DNA of 64,000 bases, from the NCBI GenBank assembly GCA_963714425.1, contig CAVQOI010000014.1:50252-114251 (forward strand), in the 5' to 3' direction. Shown here in pieces: positions 57,137 to 64,000 of this stretch (position 1 is its first letter; every line of letters starts with the position of its first letter). A model generated the notes under the pieces. The model did not search any database. It had not been told where the DNA came from and was given only the letters and a program-made list of their open reading frames with translations. The position numbers were made by a program, and so were the translations under genes. This DNA comes from an uncultured Chloroflexia bacterium (GTDB lineage Bacteria > Chloroflexota > Anaerolineae > Anaerolineales > UBA4823).

Positions 57137-58123
57137 ATGCCGCAGGTGACGATTATTGTGCCATGTTACAATGAGCAAAGCACGATTGGGCAGCTATTGG
57201 AAGCCATATATGCCCAGACATATCCACGCCACGATATGGAAGTAGTGATCGCTGATGGCCTCTCCACAGATAATACGCGGCATGAAATCGCAAAATTTCA
57301 GCAAGACTATCCTGATCTCAATGTGCAGGTTGTTGAGAATCCAAAAAGATCCATCCCCGCTGGTTTAAATCAGGCAATCGAGAACGCCAGGGGCGAGATT
57401 GTTGTGCGTCTAGATGCGCATTCCTTTCCCTACCCAGATTACGTTGCTCGCTGTGTCGAGGTTCTTCAGTCTGGGGTTGGCGAGAATGTGGGTGGCGTCT
57501 GGGAGATACAGCCTGGGGCCGAGGGGTGGTTGGCTAAGTCGATCGCTGCGGCAGCTGCCCACCCGCTTGGTGCGGGCGATGCTCGTTACCGCATCGGAGG
57601 GGCAGCACAATCGGTTGATACTGTTCCGTTTGGTGCATTTCGAAAGACCCTTCCCGAGCGCATTGGATATTATGACGAAACGCTGCTCACTAATGAAGAT
57701 TATGAGTTCAATGTACGCATCCGCCGGTCCGGAGGCCGGATATGGCTCGATCCAACCATACGTACCCGCTATGCGGCCCGTCCAACTCTGCGCGCCCTCT
57801 GGAAGCAATACTGGCGTTATGGGTATTGGAAGGCGAAAATGCTAAAGCGTTATCCGCATACCCTCCGCTGGCGTCAGGTGATCCCGCCTCTCTTCGTCCT
57901 AAGCCTATTTTTGTTTCTGCTGGTGGGCATCTTTTTCCCAGTCAGCTTGCGTTTACTGGCGCTCGAATTATTCATATACTTTTTGGTCCTTGGAATCGCC
58001 GCTGGTCTGCTAGTGGGGCGGCGGCATTTTTGGCTTTATCTGCTTGGAGCTCCATCTGCTTGGGTTGTCATCCATCTAGCCTGGGGAAGTAGTGTATTAT
58101 GGGGGTTGATTACCAGTGAATAA
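57137..58123 (+). CDS. GT2 glycosyltransferase (ExoA-like)
   Basis: IIVPCYNE, DGLSTD, RLDAH, DTVPFG, NEDYE.N.R, QYWRYG, C-terminal TM helices. Confidence 0.88.
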   Translation: MPQVTIIVPCYNEQSTIGQLLEAIYAQTYPRHDMEVVIADGLSTDNTRHEIAKFQQDYPDLNVQVVENPKRSIPAGLNQAIENARGEIVVRLDAHSFPYPDYVARCVEVLQSGVGENVGGVWEIQPGAEGWLAKSIAAAAAHPLGAGDARYRIGGAAQSVDTVPFGAFRKTLPERIGYYDETLLTNEDYEFNVRIRRSGGRIWLDPTIRTRYAARPTLRALWKQYWRYGYWKAKMLKRYPHTLRWRQVIPPLFVLSLFLFLLVGIFFPVSLRLLALELFIYFLVLGIAAGLLVGRRHFWLYLLGAPSAWVVIHLAWGSSVLWGLITSE

Positions 58124-59552
58124 TCCGATAACCATGCAGAAATCACAAACCTGGCGCTTGCGTATTCAAGAGCGGCGGACTTTGTTATTGGTGGGGGATA
58201 TTCTCATTGCGGCGATCAGCCTGCTACTCGCCCTGTATTTTTGGGGGAGTGCGGATCGCTTTCCGAGTTTTTCGATTGAATTCATTCAGAGACGCGTGCC
58301 GGTCTGGTTCTTTTTGCTACCTGTGGTCTGGGTGATCTTGCTGGTCGAGCTCTATGATGTACACCGGGCTGGAAATATCCGTGCAACAATACAAGGTGTA
58401 GCAGCTGCAGCTTTAATCGGATTTGGACTTTATCTGCTGCTCTATTTTTACTATGTCGATCCACCTAGATCGCTATTACCCAGGCGTGGCGTGGCGGGAT
58501 TCTTCATCGCCGCGCCGCTACTCACGCTGGTATGGCGTGGTGTATACATCCGGATTTTCACCGCTCCGCAGTTCCTAAGGCGTGTATTGGTTGTGGGCGG
58601 AGGGAAATCGGGACAGATGCTTTTGCAGATCATCAACAGCCTTCGACCTCCACCTTTATATGTCGCTGGAATCGTGGATGATGACGAAACAAAGGCTGGA
58701 AATAATATTGAAAATATTCCGGTTTTAGGAACGAGCCATTCATTACAGGAGCTGGTAAAAGCTCATAACATATCGGACCTGATCGTTGCCATTACAGGCC
58801 ATATTAAACCTGCCATGTTTCAGGCGCTACTTGATATGCAAGAGAGTGGCATCGAAATCATGCGTGCCCCGCGTGCATATGAAGAGCTGCTGGGCCGGAT
58901 ACCCATTAACTTTCTTGAAGCTGATTGGATATTACGCTCTTTTGTAGACGAACAAAAAGTTAGCGGATTTTATGAACTCGCGAAGCGTCTGGTAGATATC
59001 ATCGGTGGAGCCTTCGGTGTAATTCTAATGTTGCTTACGTTACCTTTCGTCACGCTGGCGATTGTCATCGACGATGGTTTCCCCGTTTTTTATACGCAGA
59101 CACGCGCAGGTAAAGGTTCGCAACCCTATACAATTATCAAGTTGCGGACGATGCGTAGAGATGCTGAAGTCATTGGGCGACCACAATGGGCAACTGAAGA
59201 TGATGCGCGGGCAACACGGGTGGGACGATTTCTTCGAAAAAGCCACTTGGATGAATTACCACAATTTATTAACGTTTTGCGTGGGGAGATGAGCCTGGTA
59301 GGGCCTCGCGCAGAACGACCTGAGCTGATGGATGTATTCCAAAAAAATGTGCCTTTTTATCGAACAAGGCTTCTAGTGAAACCCGGGATCACGGGGTGGG
59401 CCCAAATAAATTTTGGCTATGCTTCGTCAGTAGAAGAGACTACAATCAAGCTGGAATATGATCTTTACTATATCAAGCACCGTAATTTATGGATAGACAT
59501 GATTATCATGCTTCGCACCCCGGCGACTGTATTCGGTTTCCGAGGGAGGTAA
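58116..59552 (+). CDS. Priming polyprenyl-phosphate sugar transferase (WcaJ/WbaP-type)
   Basis: KRLVD, KLRTM, D.R.TRVGRFLRK..LDELPQ..NVL.GEMSLVGPR.ER, KPGITGWAQ. Confidence 0.93.
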   Translation: MNNPITMQKSQTWRLRIQERRTLLLVGDILIAAISLLLALYFWGSADRFPSFSIEFIQRRVPVWFFLLPVVWVILLVELYDVHRAGNIRATIQGVAAAALIGFGLYLLLYFYYVDPPRSLLPRRGVAGFFIAAPLLTLVWRGVYIRIFTAPQFLRRVLVVGGGKSGQMLLQIINSLRPPPLYVAGIVDDDETKAGNNIENIPVLGTSHSLQELVKAHNISDLIVAITGHIKPAMFQALLDMQESGIEIMRAPRAYEELLGRIPINFLEADWILRSFVDEQKVSGFYELAKRLVDIIGGAFGVILMLLTLPFVTLAIVIDDGFPVFYTQTRAGKGSQPYTIIKLRTMRRDAEVIGRPQWATEDDARATRVGRFLRKSHLDELPQFINVLRGEMSLVGPRAERPELMDVFQKNVPFYRTRLLVKPGITGWAQINFGYASSVEETTIKLEYDLYYIKHRNLWIDMIIMLRTPATVFGFRGR

Positions 59553-59553
59553 T

Positions 59554-61518
59554 ATGACGGTGGAGTCGGATCCCCCTGAGCGCCGTAATTTGCTGCAAAA
59601 ATATTTGAATGTTTATCGCATCCGCGCTTGGATTGCCTCGAGATGGCTTCTGGTTATTGGTGACGTATTCCTTATTGTCGTAGCAGTAATAGGGAGCTTC
59701 GGTCTAAGGCTTGAATTCGGCGAACGATTTATTTACTTTCTGCCTCAAGCCTGGAGGATGGTAGCTCTGGCATTGCTCATCAAGCCAATCGTCTACTATT
59801 TTTTTGGTCTTTACCGCCATCTTTGGGTGTATGCCAGCATCAAAGAATTGCGCCTTGTAATTCTGTCTGTGTCGACAGCCTCCGTATTGTTATCTGTCGC
59901 GGTAATGGTCATGACAACTCTCCAAAACCGCATGCCAGGTTACCTGGGCTTTCCCCGTGCAGTTCTGGTTATTGATGGGCTTTTGTCGTTGTTCCTGATC
60001 GGCGGGTTGCGATTCTCGGTAAGGGCATTGGCTGAAGCGCGAAGTAATGTCGTTGGCAGGATAAACGGCCACACGAGTCATGTATTGGTTGTTGGTGCGG
60101 GTGATGCGGGAGCGCTGGTCGTGCGTGAAATGCTTAAGAATCAGCAACTCAACCAAAAACCGGTCTGTTTCCTTGATGACGATGCCAATAAACAAAAACA
60201 GCAGATTCACGGTGTTCCGGTGATTGGAAAGCTAGAGGATCTGGCTCGTGTCATCACAGCTCGCCACATTGACGAAGTTGTGGTGGCTATCCCTAGCGCT
60301 CCTGGCAATGTGATCAGGCAGGTGGCCGACGTATGCCGCTTGAAGGGCATGCCGTTCCGCACTATGCCGGGCATCTATGAGCTCATCGGCGGGAAGGTTA
60401 GCGTAAGCCGCTTGAGGGATATCGAGATCACCGACCTCCTACGACGAGAGCCAGCGCATATTGACGAGAAGCTTGTGGGTACCAGTTTGGGCGGCCGCCG
60501 AGTGTTAATCACTGGTGCAGGAGGTTCTATTGGCCGCGAGCTGTCCCTGCAGACAGCGCGTTGGGGACCTGCTTCCCTTATTCTCCTGGGACATGGTGAA
60601 AACAGTGTTTTTGAGACACTCCTCGAGCTTGAGGATAATTTCCCGTCTTTGCCAGTCCATCCGGTTATCGCCGATATTCGGGATATCGACCGATTGACTG
60701 TCACATTTGACGACTTACGCCCGCAAGTTGTCTTCCATACAGCCGCACACAAGCATGTTCCCTTAATGGAGATCAATGTCGAAGAAGCGATCACAAACAA
60801 TGTTTTCGGCACGCGCAATGTGGTCGAGGCTGCAGTAAATTTCGCCGTAGAAAGATTGGTGATGATCTCCACGGATAAGGCGATACGCCCAACCAGTGTG
60901 ATGGGGGCGACGAAGCGATTGGCTGAGCTAATTGTGTTGGACGCAGCCAATCGCTCGCAGCAGGCATTCTCGGTCGTTCGGTTTGGGAATGTATTGGGTA
61001 GTCGTGGTAGCGTGATCCCAAAATTCAAGCGCCAGATCGCCAATGGAGGTCCGGTCACCATAACGCATCCGGATATGGAGCGCTACTTCATGACCATACC
61101 GGAAGCGGTGCACTTGGTTTTGCAGGCTTCTGCGATGGGCGAGGGAGGGGAGGTTTTCGTGCTCAATATGGGCCAGCAGATCCGAATTCTCACCCTGGCG
61201 GAAGACCTGATCCGCCTATCGGGACTGGAGCCAAATAAGGATGTCGATATTGTCTTTACTGGGATACGTCCAGGCGAGAAGCTGAGTGAGGAGCTATGGG
61301 ACCAGTGGGCACAATATGAGCCGACCACGCACCCGGATATTGTCTTGCTAAAAGATGAAGATATCCTAACTGGGCAGGTCCTGCGACAGACGGTAAACGA
61401 CTTGGTACACCTCGCCCGAGAGGGTGATGCGGCTGCAATCGTACACATCCTTGATGAGTACATCCCAGGAGCGGCTGTACGAAGCACACCCCCTCCCGAT
61501 ATGACTGCAATTGTTTAA
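59554..61518 (+). CDS. CapD/PglF-like membrane NDP-sugar 4,6-dehydratase
   Basis: 4 TM helices, GAGDAG, TGAGGSIG.EL, HTAAHKHVP, STDKA, MGATKR, VRFGNVLGSRGSV, GIRPGEKL. Confidence 0.93.
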   Translation: MTVESDPPERRNLLQKYLNVYRIRAWIASRWLLVIGDVFLIVVAVIGSFGLRLEFGERFIYFLPQAWRMVALALLIKPIVYYFFGLYRHLWVYASIKELRLVILSVSTASVLLSVAVMVMTTLQNRMPGYLGFPRAVLVIDGLLSLFLIGGLRFSVRALAEARSNVVGRINGHTSHVLVVGAGDAGALVVREMLKNQQLNQKPVCFLDDDANKQKQQIHGVPVIGKLEDLARVITARHIDEVVVAIPSAPGNVIRQVADVCRLKGMPFRTMPGIYELIGGKVSVSRLRDIEITDLLRREPAHIDEKLVGTSLGGRRVLITGAGGSIGRELSLQTARWGPASLILLGHGENSVFETLLELEDNFPSLPVHPVIADIRDIDRLTVTFDDLRPQVVFHTAAHKHVPLMEINVEEAITNNVFGTRNVVEAAVNFAVERLVMISTDKAIRPTSVMGATKRLAELIVLDAANRSQQAFSVVRFGNVLGSRGSVIPKFKRQIANGGPVTITHPDMERYFMTIPEAVHLVLQASAMGEGGEVFVLNMGQQIRILTLAEDLIRLSGLEPNKDVDIVFTGIRPGEKLSEELWDQWAQYEPTTHPDIVLLKDEDILTGQVLRQTVNDLVHLAREGDAAAIVHILDEYIPGAAVRSTPPPDMTAIV

Positions 61519-61531
61519 TTAAATATCGAGC

Positions 61532-62572
61532 ATGCCTGAGTTATCTGCAACCGGGTGGGAATCATTTCTCACCTCATTTCCTAACACCCATTTGCTGCAA
61601 AGCACTCGATGGGGCGAATTAAAAGCAGCGTTTGGTTGGGAGGTCGTGCGCCTTTCGTCACGAAATCCTGATATCCCGGGCGAACCAGGCATTCAGGCGC
61701 CGGCTTTGATGGGTGCGCAGATCTTATTCCGGCGGCTGCCATTAGGATTCGCAATCGGCTATATCCCGCGCGGACCTGTGGGCGCGGGATGGGAGGCATT
61801 GCTCCCGGAGATTGATTCCCTTTGCCGGGAACGGCGAGCAGTGCTGCTCAAGGTGGAACCGGATGTTTTTGAAGATGACGCCGAGCGACAACTCCATGAG
61901 AGCGTTCTATCAAGTTTTCAACCAAGCCCGCAGACCATTCAACCCAGGCGGACGCTAATTGTAGATTTAGACGGCGATGACGAGGATATCCTCGCCCGCA
62001 TGAAACAAAAGACACGCTATAACATCCGTCTGGCACAAAGAAAGGGTATTGTTGTGCGTCCTAGTGGAGACATAGCTCTTTTCAATGAATTAATCAAAGT
62101 GACTGGTGAGAGAGATCGCTTCGGTGTACATAGCCGGGAGTATTATCAGAAAGCTTATGACCTGTTTTACCCGTCCGGGGAGTGCGAGCTATTGATTGCA
62201 GAATTCGATGGTCAGCCTCTAGCAGCATTGATGGTATTTGCCCGTGGGCAGCGTGCCTGGTATTTTTACGGAGCCTCATCAGAAGTGCATCGAGAGCGGA
62301 TGCCGACCTACTTGCTGCAATGGGAGGCGATGCGTTGGGGGCGCCAGCATGGCTGCACGGAGTATGATCTTTGGGGCGTGCCTGACGAAGATGATGCGAT
62401 CCTAGAAGAGCGGTTTACCAACCGCTCTGATGGCTTGTGGGGGGTTTATCGCTTCAAGCGAGGATTTGGTGGAAAGCTGTGCCGCACCATTGGTGCCTGG
62501 GATCGGGTATATAACCCAGTATTGTATCGCTTATATCGCTGGTATTTTTCTGGCAGAGAGAGCCTCGGATGA
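61532..62572 (+). CDS. FemAB/FemX family aminoacyl-tRNA-dependent ligase
   Basis: HLLQS..WG.LK, YIPRGP, KTRYNIR.A.RKG, YFYGAS, YDLWG, GVYRFKRGFGG. Confidence 0.9.
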   Translation: MPELSATGWESFLTSFPNTHLLQSTRWGELKAAFGWEVVRLSSRNPDIPGEPGIQAPALMGAQILFRRLPLGFAIGYIPRGPVGAGWEALLPEIDSLCRERRAVLLKVEPDVFEDDAERQLHESVLSSFQPSPQTIQPRRTLIVDLDGDDEDILARMKQKTRYNIRLAQRKGIVVRPSGDIALFNELIKVTGERDRFGVHSREYYQKAYDLFYPSGECELLIAEFDGQPLAALMVFARGQRAWYFYGASSEVHRERMPTYLLQWEAMRWGRQHGCTEYDLWGVPDEDDAILEERFTNRSDGLWGVYRFKRGFGGKLCRTIGAWDRVYNPVLYRLYRWYFSGRESLG

Positions 62573-63780
62573 TGCTCGTTAACCAGTCAATATCAGAAAC
62601 TGAATTGTCCTCATCCTCTGGGATGACATGGAATCGTTTGGTGGCCTCATTTCCTGATCCCCACATCTTGCAATCCTGGGAATGGGGACAAGTGAAAGCG
62701 CGTTTTGGATGGCTACCCTACTACTTGGTGTGGTTCAACGAAAAAGAAAAAATACAAATCATTACTGATGTTGCTGGAATTACCCGGGAGGACCAATCCG
62801 AGCCTTTGGCCGCCTCATTGGTTTTGCAACGATCCACGCCCATCAGAGGAATAAATATTGTATATCTACCCAAAGGACCTCTCCTGAGAGATTGGAATGA
62901 TTCAAAAAATCGGCTCCACCTTCTGGAGGAACTGGCTAAGTTCGGTCGAGAGCATGGGGCAATATTTATCAAGATGGATCCTGATGTGCGGACCGGCACC
63001 GGCCTCCCAAATGATGCTGGCGCAGTAGAGTACATAACAGGCAGCACGGTAATCGACGACCTATTGAGAAATGGCTGGCGCTTCTCGTCAGAACAGGTGC
63101 AATTTCGAAATACGGTATTGCTTGATCTGGCTGGTGATGAGGAGGCGCTCTTGATGCGCATGAAGCAGAAATTTCGCTACAATGTTCGCCTAGCGAAGAA
63201 AAAAGGTGTGAGTATACGCCTGGGAGAGATCGGAGATCTCGACCTGCTTTACAGCCTGTACACTGAAACTGCCAAGCGGGATGGATTTGTCATCCGTGAG
63301 CGTGGGTATTACAAACATCTTTGGCGCACTTTTTTTTCGGACGGTGAGCCGTTTAAGGAGAGTATACAACCTACTGCGATGCCGCTGATCGCTGAGGTAT
63401 CTGGCGAGCCGGTTGCTGCGATGTTTCTGTTTCTGTTCGCTGGAAAAGCCTGGTTCCTTTTTGGCATGTCAGGTGATGCGCACCGGGAGAAGATGCCCAA
63501 TTACCTGCTTCAATGGGAGGCAATCCGCCTGGCAAAAACCGCCGGATGCCATACTTACGACCTGTGGGGCGCTCCGGATACATTTGAAGAGGACGACCCA
63601 CTCTGGGGAGTTTACCGGTTTAAGGAAGGGATGGGCGGAGAAGTCGTGCGCCATATCGGCGCATGGGATCTGCCATTGAAGCCATTTTTGTATCGTGCAT
63701 ATACACAGATTCTACCGCGCATATTAACAATCATGCGAAGGCGCGAGAAAAGTAGAATCCAAGGGACACCATCACTATGA
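62569..63780 (+). CDS. FemAB/FemX family aminoacyl-tRNA-dependent ligase (second copy)
   Basis: [48 protein letters not shown]-coupled to the first copy. Confidence 0.9.
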   Translation: MMLVNQSISETELSSSSGMTWNRLVASFPDPHILQSWEWGQVKARFGWLPYYLVWFNEKEKIQIITDVAGITREDQSEPLAASLVLQRSTPIRGINIVYLPKGPLLRDWNDSKNRLHLLEELAKFGREHGAIFIKMDPDVRTGTGLPNDAGAVEYITGSTVIDDLLRNGWRFSSEQVQFRNTVLLDLAGDEEALLMRMKQKFRYNVRLAKKKGVSIRLGEIGDLDLLYSLYTETAKRDGFVIRERGYYKHLWRTFFSDGEPFKESIQPTAMPLIAEVSGEPVAAMFLFLFAGKAWFLFGMSGDAHREKMPNYLLQWEAIRLAKTAGCHTYDLWGAPDTFEEDDPLWGVYRFKEGMGGEVVRHIGAWDLPLKPFLYRAYTQILPRILTIMRRREKSRIQGTPSL

Positions 63781-64000
63781 ATACATTACCTCGCATCAAA
63801 TTTGCCCATTTACCCACACCTATCGAGGCTCTGCCGCGACTGTCGGCTGCTTTAGGAGGTCCGCGCCTGCTTGTTAAGCGTGATGACCAGACAGGACTCG
63901 CCTTCGGGGGGAATAAAACCCGCAAGCTCGAGCTGCTGGTAGCGGAAGCGCAGGCTAATGGCGCTCGTACTCTTGTGACTGCTGGTGCAGTCCAATCAAA
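63777..64000 (+). CDS. D-cysteine desulfhydrase / ACC deaminase family PLP enzyme; runs off the window edge
   Basis: Manual translation: [17 protein letters not shown]...[20 protein letters not shown]...TAGAVQS. Confidence 0.88.
   Translation, partial: MNTLPRIKFAHLPTPIEALPRLSAALGGPRLLVKRDDQTGLAFGGNKTRKLELLVAEAQANGARTLVTAGAVQS

Noticed and set aside
60375..61061. Long antisense ORFs (228 aa here, 226 aa at 46088-46768)
   Set aside because: They lie opposite well-supported genes and show no recognisable motifs.
1..64000. CRISPR array, IS element or long tandem repeat
   Set aside because: Intergenic gaps are short, and by eye I found no regularly spaced repeats or transposase ORFs; a repeat finder was not run.

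Overview
Chromosomal window from what looks like an Anaerolineae-type Chloroflexota bacterium (inferred from gene content and protein style). It is densely coding, with about 57 CDS, and has no integrase, transposase, CRISPR array or prophage. Housekeeping genes include alaS, leuS, valS, mutS, miaA, gpmA, mscL, plsY, ruvX, mltG and an EF-G paralog. There are two tandem tRNA-Ala genes and two transcription-terminating T-box leaders (Leu and Val). Two cell-envelope loci stand out. The first is an ~8 kb surface-modification block between alaS and a baseplate-J-like/ruvX/mltG unit: GT-C-like protein, GtrB-like GT2, WecD- and WecE-like enzymes, a 72-aa YLDPG membrane peptide, a kinase-methyltransferase fusion and an LtaS-like Thr-nucleophile membrane enzyme. 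The second is a right-end operon: two-component system, GT2, priming sugar transferase, CapD/PglF-like dehydratase, two FemAB ligases and D-cysteine desulfhydrase. The best candidate for an undescribed system is the translationally coupled YLDPG peptide / kinase-MTase / LtaS-like trio at 4745-7880. Other oddities are an orphan membrane-anchored baseplate-J-like gene, an EF-G2 with NKxN in place of NKxD, a leuS T-box fused directly behind a tRNA gene, and two apparent frameshifts. All family calls come from motif recognition by eye; no database searches were run.
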